This document shows positions 36,656 through 49,341 of a DNA stretch of 64,000 nucleotides, one piece after another (within the stretch, counting starts at the first letter, position 1; the number at the start of each line of letters is the position of its first letter). The position numbers were made by a program, and so were the translations under genes. The notes beneath the pieces were generated by a model. That model did not search any database and was not told the DNA's origin. It saw only the letters and a program-made list of their open reading frames with translations. Origin of the DNA: Neoechinorhynchus agilis (taxonomy: Eukaryota > Animalia > Acanthocephala); NCBI GenBank assembly GCA_051530055.1, contig CM121341.1, positions 3,879,761 to 3,943,760 on the forward strand, read 5' to 3'.

Positions 36656-39019
36656 GAATAAATCGTCTCGTTTTCAACCCTTTTTCTGGACGCGATTAAT
36701 CTTGTTGTCATGACGACTTCAATGAAGACTGAAATTGCTACATTCTAAATTTTGAGAATTATTGTCATTCTATCTAGAATTATTCATCATTTTATTTTGA
36801 ACCCGTAATATTATCTAGTTTCAATCCATCTTACGATTTAAGATCAAAATTGAACATTAGCATTGTTAACGAATTTTTATAGATTAAAAATAATGTTAAT
36901 CATTTGACCTTATCGCCAAATCGCATTAAAAATTTCAAATCTAAATTTTATCAACGGGTGAATAACTATGGAATGCTTTTAGAGAAAGATCGGAATCGTA
37001 AAGTAACTTTAAACAGCTGAACACTGGCAATTGTTTCAAATTAAATTCAAGGCATAACTCAAAAATAGAGCATAAAAATCGATGTGGTGTATAACTTTAT
37101 GTTTCAATGAAAGTTTAAAAATGCGTTGAATATATTTTATATAGCGCTTTTTATATCGTAGAATGCTCACAATTTCTAATTTCCGTCTCGTTTGTATTAA
37201 AAATTCTTAGATGCTATTAAAACTAAATGTTATTTGGTGTACCTTAACGAATCTGGACTATACACACAAATTAGTTAAAAAATCCGAACCTTAAAAATTA
37301 AAATGAGTGCGAAAGCAGTTCTTTTACAATCAATGGAAAAGTTGTTAAAGAGAAATCCGCTGTATCATTGGTGGCGGTTATTCCTTGGTCAACGACAAGG
37401 ACTATCTATAGCATCATTTAATCAGCTTAAGACATTTCAAAGAAATGATTCACATTTAGCTCCTTTTCCGTGTTTTATATTCGTCCGATGACTTTTGTGC
37501 GACTTCAGTTAATTTTAAAATCATGAACAAAGTCCGTCGATTAATTGCAGGCCATTCTCCGAGCCACCTCGCAAATGCAAGCGATCCAATTTTATTTAAA
37601 TGTTGGATGTGGCTGAACTGGCTGCTGACATTTTGATTGCGCAACCAAATCCCTGTCTTTTGGTCAATTCCTCTAACGACTTCAATTACTTCGAGTGTGT
37701 CGGTGTTTCAACGGATAGAAGCATTTTATTTTTAAAATTAATTAAACGTTATTGCTGACACATACAATGTCGATAATCCTAAAAAAGGTAACAGCAGTTT
37801 TCGTCCAGTTTTTCTATGTGATTGAACTGCTTATTTAAATCATTATTTCATATTCTGGCAATCATCGTCATTTTTATACGTTTATTCGTAAGGAAATGCC
37901 TCTTTGTTTTTGTCGCAGCTTTGTACTGAGTTCTATTTTAATTTATGGATTCTTCAAGTGGATAAAGCTTCAATAATGTTAGTTAACATTGAGTCGAAGG
38001 AAAATAATGTGAATTTCCATCTTACTCTTCTTTTAATCGATTTTGAAAGTATAAACAAACTTCGATATTTTCAGTTTTCCAATAGGAATGATTTTTTTCA
38101 TTGAGGATTACGTTCGGGTTGTTAGATATATTGTTATTTGGTTCGCCAGGGCAATAACTATCTTGGACTATATGCGTTCTAAGGACTTTGTAATTAAGTT
38201 TTTCCTTGGTTAAATATTTGACACCGATACCATTATTCGCGATTCGCTTGGAGATTCTCACGTTCGTAAAAGAATAAGCTTTCGGGAGATATTAGTCAAT
38301 CTTTGCAAAACTAAACAGGATTTCACAAGTCACTAATAGTCTTCAGATTCTCTATCATCCGTCTGAATTCCTTCATATTGTCGAAACAAATCTCAAGGTT
38401 CAATCGTCGCCCCTCCATAATTACAGCCGTGGCAATAGAAACAACCGAGGTGGATTTTAACCATTTTTAAATTCGAGCAATTCTAATCTCTAACAAAACC
38501 ATTTATAGCCTGAATGATGCCAGTGTTATCATTGCGGTGAGAAGCCATCACGATCAAATTGCCCGTTAACATAGTCTAGATTGTTTTGCAAAGCAGAGAT
38601 AAAAGATTTATGGTTTCTAAAAAAATAAACACATACTAGGACATTTGTGAAGGAATTCACTATTGGTATTCTCAATATTCTCAGCCAAACTAAAAGATTT
38701 TGAACATATCGTAAATAAATCTTATCGATTAACAATAGAAATTCCTCCTTCATACTAGAATTATGTTTTTTGCAAAAGTGGAACACATAACATTTACAAA
38801 TTTCTTAAATATCAAACCTTTTGATCGACCCCCCCCCGAATAACAGTTGCTAATCGAATACCGTCATTTAAGAAGCAAGTCGCATGAACCTCCAGGGGTA
38901 ATCAGGTGCATTTTTTAAATGCGGAAACGTTAAGAACAAAGCTCAAAAAATTATTACTCAACTATTTTCAAAGGAGGAGAGATTCGCATGAATTTTACCA
39001 TAAATCTAAAAAAGAACTT

Positions 39020-39245
39020 ATTAATGTCGAAATGTGATAAGGTACCGGGGTGAATGTGATTGGAATGATTGATTAGAAGTCTACACCCGCGGTAAATGAT
39101 TATTTCGATTAAAGACGTTCGTCGGGTCCATCATCAGTTTGTTTGTTAGTAATAGACGCACAAACAAACTGATGATGAACCCAACGAGGTTCAAAGAACG
39201 TCTTTAATAACTATAATCATTTACCACGGGTGAAGACTTCTAAAC
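39020..39245. repeat. Foldback element with inverted hammerhead-like motifs; sister copy at 58790-59010
   Basis: Arms ~39077-39150 and ~39160-39242. CTGATGA at 39169 (+) and 39131-39137 (-); stem GAACC/GGTTC; GAAA box altered (AAAGAACGTC on +, GAACGTC on -). Confidence 0.8.
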
Positions 39246-41601
39246 AATAAGTCTGAACTTATCAAAATTCGAGTAGTATTATGAACAAAGTGGTGAAACC
39301 TTCATAGCTTATTTGAACGCGTTTCCATTTGAGTCCAAGATACTTTATTCGAAATTTATCCAATTTTTTCAATTGAGCCTTACAAAGTCTTTTGAAAAGT
39401 CACATTAACAGGAAGTTTTTGTTTGTAATCATGCGTAGACCTATTCATGTATTTTTGGTAGTTATGGTGTGTTGCGCATAAAGGAGAGAGATTTAGCACT
39501 CCCCTTGAGAAGGACGGAAGCGGGGTCTCCGCGCATAAACGCATGGCACAAGTGTTCGAGCGTCAGAGTTGTTCGTTCACGCCAACAATTTTTTCGGTCT
39601 TAAATTCTTAAGGATATACGTTTTTTCTTCATTAAATCAATAAACAACGGCTTCCTAAATTGTAACAAAGTTCACAGAGGTTTTTTACTGGCGCGAAGAA
39701 ATTAAAATGATTTTATTTTAAAATTCGATATTTTATATATTTATCTTAAATCGCATACACTCATGGCATCACTGCATATCTTCTTTTGAGCCTCTTTGCC
39801 AACTCACACACTTCGGAGGCGCTCAGCGGCACTCGAAGGGACAGGGCCAACCCACTTTTGGGGCCGATGGGCGACCTCAAACCTGTCTGGTTCGCTGTCA
39901 GTATTGTTATTCTCGATTAATAAGGAAATCAGCAGAACAGACATTATGCAATGTAGGGAACGATTTGCCAAAATCCAAATGACAATCACACTGGCAGAAA
40001 AGTTCAATGTAAAGCATTGCAGAAGCCAACTCAACGAATAGTAAGTTATACACAACGTGTGTATGAAGAAATCCGACGAGGCAGACGAAATATTGGGAAT
40101 TAATCAATCTCTATTCTTCTCATCACCAAAAAATGAACAACTTCTTTACAGTAAACCGGTTATCGATTTTTTGGAGCTTATTCGAGTTGAATGGAGATGC
40201 CAGTATGAAAGTAAAATAAATGTGTTATGTTTCATCGGGAAAAACTGCGATTACCTTATTTGACGGGAATCCGCGACGTGATCGTGTAATCTTTATCTTG
40301 AAAAAGTTCGTATCTGATTGATTCGAATGCAAGTTGACGTTCGGAATTTAGTTGTGTGCCTGGCTGATTGGCTTATTGTTATTTCGAGAGATCGAGCTTT
40401 GTTGTAGAATTCATCTAAACCGACGTCGTGGCTCTCTAGAATTCTCTGGTGAGTAAATAAAATTGTGACAATCGCTTCTTGTTTTTCAGAACTGAGCGAG
40501 CTTGAAAAGCATATTCTTTACTGAGTACTCCTAATACTTTTATGTACTGGGCCACGGTCTTTGGGATGAGGTTCAATCGTCCCATTGGAGGCGCCGTGTT
40601 TGTTTTACTTGTCTTTTTCTTCGATTTGAAGTAAAATCTGATCCTCAATTTCTTTGATAGCTTCAGGAGAGGATAGACCTTTAAGGTTGTGCGCAATAAA
40701 GGCTGCCTTGTTTGTTGTTTCAAGTAGAATCACTTCCTAACAAAAGACGTATATTTTTACTTATTAAACAATCTACAAAGTATCATTCCAAAAGGAAGTT
40801 GTCTTGGTTATCAATATGCCGTCTCCTTTGGTCAGCGTATGGCTGTTATCTTGGATAACTTTCCTATTTGATCAGATTATCGATATAACTGACCGGGTTG
40901 CATGAACCGCCAAGATCAGTTCCTTCCGCAGAGAAAATAGGTTGAAGCCTTTTGGGCGGTCGTACACGGACCTGCGCGACAACGATAGGTTTAGAAAATA
41001 TATTAAAAATACTCCTTTTTCGACTTCTTATTTAACCATTGAATTTTATTTTGTTGTTGGCCCTTTTTTGGTGGCGTTTAGAAAGTATTTTCATTGCCTT
41101 TTCTTAAGGTTTATGGACTTTTTTTCGGATTAAACCCTATTCCGAACCACAAAACGTTATAATGAATAGAAAACATATCCGTCAAATGGACTTAATCAGC
41201 ATTAACTTTGATGGGAGCCTTGAAGAGGATTGTGTAAGCTTGTCCTCCTCAACGTAAGCTCATTCGGCATGTTAATCTAAGCTGTTCACTATTTCATTTT
41301 CGAAATTGCATTTTTTGTATTCAATATTCAGCATTTGTAGTGTATCGGCAAAGTGCTGTTTACTGATCGAGTTAATCAATGATTCATAAATTATAATCCT
41401 CGATGGGTAAACTATGAAGATAAAGTAGCTGATACTTTGTGCCATCGCCGGTAAAAACTTTTGTTCAATTTTTTAGCAAACACACCATTTTGTGAATCGC
41501 ATTCGTAACTCCGGCGGCCTACCTCTTGCGGCTTCTTGAGTATTGGTAGTGGCTTGCATAATGAGATTCGTGTTTGAAGATTGAATTGTTCATATAAGTT
41601 C

Positions 41602-41849
41602 TTTTCTGGCTTAGAAATTAAAATGATTTTATTTTTAAAATCCGATATTTCGGCACAATCTTGTACGCCTTTATCAAGGTCTAAGGTGAAAACGGTTGAA
41701 GGGGATAAAGCGGACTTTAGGTTCAATTTTAGGGCAATGAATATTGATCCATTCCCCACGTAATTTTTGGACCTCGATAAACGCGTACAAGATTGTGCCG
41801 AAATGTCGGATTTTAAAAATAAACTCATTTTAATTTCTAAGCCAGAAAA
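41602..41849. repeat. Foldback element with ~82-bp arms, each carrying a decayed hammerhead-like motif
   Basis: Arms 41602-41683 and 41768-41849. The minus arm reads ccTTGATAA-A-GGCGTAcaagatTGTGCC-GAAA-TATC-gga. Confidence 0.85.
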
Positions 41850-42589
41850 CAACCTCGAAAACATCTTTTTGTAGTGGCATCAGTTTTGTATAACACAGAT
41901 CCCAATGAAGTGTTTTTCAACGTAATCCTTCTTGCACTTGGAAAGTTAGTACCGAGAACTATGGAGTACGTTACGGCATCTTCGCAGATCTTGGTTTTAA
42001 AGAATAGCTCATCGTAATCTGCTCCGTTTTGTGGCCAGTTTGCACTTGCTAAATTAGGATGCAATTCTTAGAGTAAATCCTTCGTTTGGCATATAAGATT
42101 ATCGGCTTTTTGTTATGTATCAGGAAAAGGATATCGTCCGCAGACACCAATATTCCTGAGCTTTTGTCACAGACGAACAATTGCTAATAGAAAAAATGTG
42201 GTTGAGAGTAGCGATACTTATGGGGTCAAATATTTTTCTAGAAAAATCGAGGTTTCTTTTCGTCTACTTCCAGCTATGTGTTTATTGGCTCAATAAACTC
42301 ATGACCTCGATCGATGGCGTCAAAGGTATTATTAATGTCAACCTGTAAAAGTAGCTTATTGCGTCCAATAAGTAGCTCATTTCCGAAATTCACTTGGGCA
42401 ATTAGCGAACTGATTATATAGCCGAGAATATCCGAACCTAAACGCCACTTTCGGGAATAACATATTTTTATTTGAAATATTTCAAGGGGTAACTTCGTCT
42501 CATCAGTCATTGTTTGTGCCTTTTTTGGCACGATACAATTCTAGTTTGATTATGTCGAAGGACTTATATTTTATCCGCGGGCGGATAAT

Positions 42590-42980
42590 GATCTCCACAA
42601 CTCCAACATTACGAAATTATCCATCCAGAAAAAGAAAAAATCCTTCGGGATAATAGACTTGGATTTGTGGATACCATAATCCCACGCGTCCGGATAAAAT
42701 ATATTTTGAGATATTTCCAAAAAGATTAATCCTCATCCGAGTCATTGCTTCTCAAGTTTGTTACCGAACTTAATCTTTTCGGAAATATCCAAAAATAAAA
42801 TATATTTTATCCGCGGCTACGAAATTATTCATCCAGAAAAAGAAAAAATCCTTCGGGATAATAGACTTGGATTTGTGGATACCATAATCCCACGCGTCCG
42901 GATAAAATATATTTTGAGATATTTCCAAAAAGATTAATCCTCATCCGAGTCATTGCTTCTCAAGTTTGTTACCGAACAAA
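42590..42980. repeat. 208-bp tandem duplication with decayed hammerhead motifs on the minus strand
   Basis: CATCCAGAAAAAG at 42622 and 42830. Minus strand: aaacttgagaagcaatga-CTcgGATGA-G..-GAAA-TATC-tcaa at ~42705-42765 and ~42913-42973. Confidence 0.8.
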
Positions 42981-43102
42981 TGGAACCAATGAGGTTCTTC
43001 AACTTCGGGAAACGCGTATCGACCTGTTACAATTTACTCTACCGACTGTAATGCATCTGACTTGTTGTGAAAATAATCCCGGTTAGAAATCATTTCATTG
43101 TT

Positions 43103-43194
43103 CTGAAATATTTCGAAACAAGAAACCTCGCTTCATCAGACAAACTTGCGAAACAATGATTGATGAGGCGAAGTTTCCTTGCGAAATATTTCAA
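43103..43194. ncRNA. Divergent pair of hammerhead-like motifs forming a foldback
   Basis: Plus: caatga-TTGATGA(43160)-G-GCGAAG-ttt-CCTTGC-GAAA-TATT^tcaa. Minus: CTGATGA(43139)-A-GCGAGGtttcttgtttc-GAAA-TATT^tcag. Confidence 0.65.
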
Positions 43195-43439
43195 TACAAT
43201 TATATAACGGTGAGATCAATATCGATCTAACGCGACCGAACCACTTATAATATTTGATAGATCGGTGATTATATTACAGAACTGGGTTAAATTTAAATGT
43301 TATTAATAGTTATCGCTATGTCGGATGATGAATAAATCATAGATTATTGGTTAGGTTCGTAATGTCGGGTTTTTGTTCGTTTAAATACAGCTCTTTGAAA
43401 AATAACAAAGATCTCGTTATATTCAAACTGTAGCAATGA

Positions 43440-44090
43440 CGACTGGTATAAACGTCTTTATCTGCGATATTTTCGAATCTGAGCACCCAGCGTTGCAGTT
43501 TGGTAGTTGAATTCGTCTACCATTTTCGTTATGCTGTGTGAGGGGATGGCCCGAGTCTTGGACCATTGGCCAGCCCGACAACAAAGGCATTTAAGCCATA
43601 TATCGGAGTTTACACACTTTTGGGAGCAATACTGGCAAGCGTTGCTGAAGGCATCTCTTTTGAGGCGATATCTCGAGTACTGCAACAAGATACGGAAACA
43701 CAGTCCTTACGAACAGCTTAAAAACGTGACTGTGTCTCCTAGATGTTCCAATCGGTCATGCAGAGTCAATGCTTCAGTGTGATGTTTCTAAAAGACGACA
43801 AAGACCAATAGTGCCAGTTCCGTGGCGTCGCCGTGTTTTTGATGCAGTTCACGAACTCTCCCAACCAGGCATGAGGACTACCCGCAAGTTGGTCGCGAAC
43901 AAATTCGTGGATCAATTGGGCTAAAACTTGTAACGCCTGTCAGAAAGTCTAGATCCAGCGTCACATTAAAGAAGACCAACTCGAGAAGTTCGATGTACCG
44001 CCTCGACCCTCGGTGGCCGGAGACCGACCCGCTTTCATTCTCTTGAACTTTAATCAACAACTGGATCTCCCGTTTTTGGGTCCCTTAGTG
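43440..44090 (+). mobile_element. Gypsy RNase H and integrase zinc-finger fragment
   Basis: WPARQQRHLSHISEFT; RPIVPVPWRRRVFDAVHELSQPGMRTTRKLVANKFV..KTCNACQKV; multiple stops. Confidence 0.8.
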
Positions 44091-45362
44091 ACATGATTTC
44101 CGACCGTGGAGCCCAATTCACTTCTCAACTACTATTTGACATGTCGAAGCTACATCACACGACAGCCTATCATCCACAGCCCAGCTGGATTTTTTAAGAT
44201 CCCATAAAAAACAAGTTCGGTAAATAAATCGCTTTCAAAAATCGAATAAAAATTTGGTTTTTCCATTTTTCATCAACTGATTGATTCTGGTAAATGCGTA
44301 CACAAACACACACACACAATCAGCATAAAATCAAGCGAGCGTAGTCCTTGGTTGTCTTATAGTATTTAGAGAGCACGGTCGTCGTATAAAAAGGAAGCAA
44401 GACTGCCATAACAATTCTATCTACTCTGATGTAAAAGGTTCCTCGGTGGTATTACAGTCCAGCGAAATATCGCAATAAATCAATATCCTTATTGTCCGGA
44501 GAGTAGGAATCACCTCAGCAACACAATTCTATCTACATACAAAAATAAATATTGGTTAGAATGCAGGGGTCGAATCGTCTTTTTAAATTTCTCATGTAAA
44601 ATACTATAGAAACATTAGAATGTTTGAAGATTGAACAATATTGTCTGCCTTTTCTTCATATCTTCAAACCTTTAATTTTTTAAGCTACACCAAAAAAATA
44701 TCGCCAAGGTGTTTTCTCTCATTTTACACAGGTACGTTACTGTTTGATGAAAGGCATTGTTTGATGAATACAGATATGGAGTGCTTATCCTCGTCGTTCC
44801 TGACAGGAAACTAATATAAAAACCCAAAAGTCTTATAGTGTTCCAAATGCGAAATGATCGAAAAATAGTTGTCCAGTGCTGCAAAAAAAACGGTAGCTCC
44901 AATGGTAACAGCTGCTCTTAATTTTTTGTTTGTTCGTTTATTACAAAGGCCGAAAGGAATTGAGTTCAAATAGAGTTTCAAAAAAAATATGAATAACACA
45001 GTACGCTTTCTTCAAATACCATTCTTGGATATCTCGACCGCAGCCAGAATAGAACACGCAATAGGAAACCTTTTCGTTGTCGTAGTCTTCGTCGTTTGCT
45101 ACCCCAACGCCGATCCTGCAATCAGTTGCAACCACCATTAGAGGAGACACACACATACGGTGTGAGCGGATACATTGGCGACTGTGTCTCGCAACAACAA
45201 CGATGGTGGTCCTCTATTCTGTCTTCTTTTGTCTTTGAAGGGAATCTACATTGGCATTTAGCATCCTTGGTAGACCGCCCATTATGGTGGTAGGGGGATT
45301 ATGCAACACTTAGTTTCTTGTTCCTCTTAAGAAGTGCTAATCCAGATCATCCTTTCAGGAAA

Positions 45363-47127
45363 ATGGACTCGAAAAGTGATTTCACGGACGATGAAGATTA
45401 CTGCGATTACGATTACGGTGATGATGATGAATATGAAGAAATAAGCATTAGGCGTGAGAAACTGTCACATAGTGCAAATCTTGTATATTTCAACCGAGGA
45501 GGTACCACATTACTAAAAGACTGCTGCTGCATCTAACAAAGACTGACTTTTAGACGAACAGTCCTCTCCGAAACTGTATTCATTCGATCGGTAAGCTCGA
45601 ATGTTCCTTTTTCTTGGCAACGCATTTTGCACACTAACTCTCTTTGTGGTACATTGCAGAGAAAATGTTGCGTAACCTTTAAAAACTTTGGATTTTCAAT
45701 ACTCTTTTTTTAAAAACATTATTTAGAGCCTCACATTGGTGCCATGGACCTATTCATCGTGGTCAATTGTTTATTTACATAAAGACCAACTGGAATCCTT
45801 TCTACGTGGTACTCTCAAAATCTTTCCTGAGGTGTTATAAAACAGCAGCCGACCGGACACCAGTATTCTGCTACGATCTACAAAAATCACAGGTATCCGA
45901 GAAAGGGGTCCTTCAGCAGTGTAACTGGGGAGCTAGGCTTCTATCTTTTTCCGGTCTCATCAAAAGCATTGTCCCCGCCTTCGTTGGGCGGAAAATAGGT
46001 CCGATTAGTACCAACAAAGCAGAAAACGTCTTTTGTCACAGATACAATATCAATTCAGCTACGATCCAACATAGATCTGCTTCTAAAAGTTCCACATATA
46101 TCAGTACTTTTGTATTGGTTAAATGTAAGAGCGATTTGTGGTTCTTCAAAAAAAGGACATCAAATTTAGGCATTTGTAAAAGCGTCCTTACCATTTAATA
46201 CATTCGAAGACGATAATCGAACGAAAATGAAAAGTAAGCATTGTTCGTTTGGTGCTTTTATTTTGGTTTTCCACTCAGTTCTTCAACGAATCCATCAACT
46301 TTCACAAAATGCGCGAAGGCATGTCCGAGATCTTGGTCGAAGGGCCGTTGATCGGATAGTAAGCAAATGTATTAGACAAAATGAGACCTATTCAACACCT
46401 TCATCTGCTCGAGTTCTCATGAGAGGTTACCTTGACGTATCGACCGATAAAAACAATTACTACCGACGATACGTATTGGTCGATAGCCAAGGATTGTTGC
46501 ATGTGTACCGTAGAAGAAAAGATATCAATCGAATGAATAATGATATTCTTCTAACACTTCCATTGGACAGTTTAAAAGAGACAGGGAATCTCTTGTGTGT
46601 GGGGAATTCTCGAGAAACCGTCTCTCACAGTTCTCCATCTCCCCACGGACAGCATAGATCATATTATTCTGCACTTACTTGACAAAATGACACTCAAATC
46701 AGTTCTCAGTCTCCGGGGAAGCGATATATTCTCAATGGGCAGAGTTCTCGAAGTTTTAATTAAATTCGTTGGGATAACTTCCACTACGGCGCAACGTGAA
46801 TCCCAAGTGGTGCCACCAACACCTCCAACAAGACAACCACCGCAACCATCGATCTCGTCTCAGTATTCCAGCTTGGGCGATCTGAGGACAAAAGTAGCCG
46901 CTATTACAGTTAAAAATGGTTGTGATGATCCAATATTAACCGATTACGTACCTTGTGCTAAGAAAACACCAATCAATACTCATTATGCACTTGGCTACGA
47001 AAACAAACTATTAATTGAATTAAAATTGGCTCTTAATACCCGTAATCGAATACAAAGTCCTCAATTGTCTCAAGAGAAGCAAAATGATCAAAATGCGTTT
47101 ATCGCTTTTAAGACAATGGGAATTTAA
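45363..47127 (+). CDS. Multi-exon PH-domain protein, probably two PH domains; model partial
   Basis: Exons 45363-45501, 45554-45590, optional 45660-45671, 45727-45892 (PIHRGQLFIYIKTNWNPFYVVLSKSFLRCYK). Second PH: LMRGYLDVSTDKNNYYRRYVLVDSQGLLHVYRR..SLRGSDIFSMGRVLEVL. Middle and late junctions unresolved. Confidence 0.6.
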
Positions 47128-47969
47128 GAAACGTGTGCGACTATGTGTAAAACTTTTAAAAGATTTAAATGGCTGTAACAAATTAAACTTGTATTATTTT
47201 AAAATCAATAAGACGACCTTAAATTTGTAAAACCAATTTTCGAATCACTAATAGAGTTTAAATTTTTCTGTTCAAAAAATCTTTAATGTTCTTTTATTCC
47301 AACATTTTATAAAGGAGGGGAGCTATAAAAATGGCTTCAAAATATCGATTGTAAAATCTTCAATATTCTTTTGTTGCACTTCTCTAAGTACTGAAAAAAG
47401 TTTAATAGAAAAAATGGAGCTTAATGAAATATATATTTCTTTTTTTAATGTTCCAACCTTTGTAAGTTTTTTTGTAAAATCTGATTTTTCGATGTTTCAA
47501 GATAATAAACGACGAAAATGCTAAAATTTATGTAGGTCTAATAGATAGGAGCAAAATGAAATGTTCAAAGTAAAGCATTGTCTTTGGAAATAGAGCGAAA
47601 AAAGGATTGACTTTTAGAAAAAATGCGACCTTTTTGGAAAATAAAGATGTTTTTCTCAAAAAAAGAAGTTTAATCTGGGAACATCTTTATCTACCATTTT
47701 CCAACTTTGAATAAAATTTCTGCTTGGTCTGACAGCAGCCTAAAAAAGTGTGATAAAATTTGAAATATCACTTGATGTGGCAGCGATTTTTCTAGATCAT
47801 CGAGTAAAAATCCTTCGAATAATATAATTAAAAGGATGTGGCGATAGAAAACATATTCATATTGAGATATTTCGAAAGAGGAAGCCTCATTCGGGTCATC
47901 GAAAAAACTTGTACGGTCGCCAAACCACTTATGAAATAGCGATCCTCCATCGCACGTATCCGAGTCACA

Positions 47970-48405
47970 CAACGACCAGAACGAGCCTTCCTCTTTTAAA
48001 CAATCTCAATCCAATTAAATATGAAACTTCATTTTAAAACAAAGTCGAATTAATCGAATTTCAGCGTTTTATAAGAGTCATCAAGGGAAAATCCTTCGGG
48101 GGATGGTACAAGTCTAGGAACCACCTCTGAAATAGGAAAAATTCCCCCGAACAAAACCTTTTTACGCGACCAGAACTAGGCTTCCTCTTTCAAACAATCT
48201 CAATCCAATCAAGTGTGAAATTTCATTTTAAAACAAAGTCGAATTAAGCGAATTTCAGCGGTTTATAAGAATCATCAAGGGAAAATCCTTCGGGGGATGG
48301 TACAAGTCTCGGAACCACCTCTGAAATAGGAAAAATCCCCGCGAGTACCCGAATAAAACTTTTTTATACGACCAGAACGAGGCTTCCTCTTTCAAAATAT
48401 CTCTC
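47970..48405. repeat. ~196-200 bp tandem repeat (2.2 copies); related sequence at 54385-54500 and 42630
   Basis: CGACCAGAAC at ~47973, ~48168 and ~48369; AAAATCCTTCGGG shared with 42636 and 54389. Confidence 0.8.
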
Positions 48406-49245
48406 GTTAATTAACTTTAGCCCGGGATCACCACATCTTCAACTTTTATTATTATTCTATCCAATTGTTCCTTCGAGTGGATGTGTATTCTCAATGGCGA
48501 ATTGTAACACACTCGAGTTTTATCGAAATCAATCTTGCGAATTTTCAAGGCCCCAGCCTCCTTCCCAAGCATCTAAAAATGGATGTGGAGAGGGTATCCA
48601 AGTTTTGTTTGATAGATTTGACCATCCAGTCGATTTCGGTTAACGATACTATGCAGGTCCGAATAACCGCCGGAATTGCGTGTTACATTATGACGTCATG
48701 ATCTCTAAAGTGTGGTTTCTTTCGCGTCCAACTCGAAGTAGAATTCGTGACGTATTGTGTTCATTGACGGCTGAGCTTTAAGATACAAAATCGGCTAGTC
48801 TTCTTAAAAGTTTAGAATTGGTTTCGGTGCCTTTCACAACACGGGGAAATTTCGTTTGTTACAACGTACACGAAAATTAGGCAAATCGGAGATGTTTATG
48901 AGTGTCTGCAGTTTCGAAATGTTTCTTGCTAGCACATTATCGAGAGCTTTCGTAAATTTTCAAAAACGTATCTATAGGAAATTAGTTAAAAAATTATACT
49001 CGGATAATCAATGACGACTCAGCTTGTTTTTGGGAGGTCTAGAAATTTCTTATTAATCCGCTGACACCACAAAAAACTTCTAATATTCTTTTAACCAAAT
49101 TAAATTGCCTCTGGTTTAACCTCGGAGATGTCTTACCTTTATTATTTTACGCAATCGTCTAATTAACTCGAAATTTAATATTCAAATGCGAAGAAAAAAC
49201 CCTTGTATACTTTAGGTTTTCTAATTATTGAGAAAATGGTGTAAA

Positions 49246-49341
49246 ATTAATAGAACATCGCGATAGAAAAGAGGAAACGCAGCGAGTGTGGCCGCCACCA
49301 CTGAGGGAAGATCGATGCCTCTTCTTCGTGGACGGTGGTGA
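49246..49341 (+). mobile_element. CRE-like REL C-terminal remnant heading the 218-bp array
   Basis: 49270-49341 translates RGNAASVAATTEGRSMPLLRGRW*, preceded by NIAI in a shifted frame. Confidence 0.8.

Noticed and set aside
41950-42400. Very decayed LINE RT traces on minus (VDINNTFDAID)
   Set aside because: Too fragmentary to annotate with confidence.
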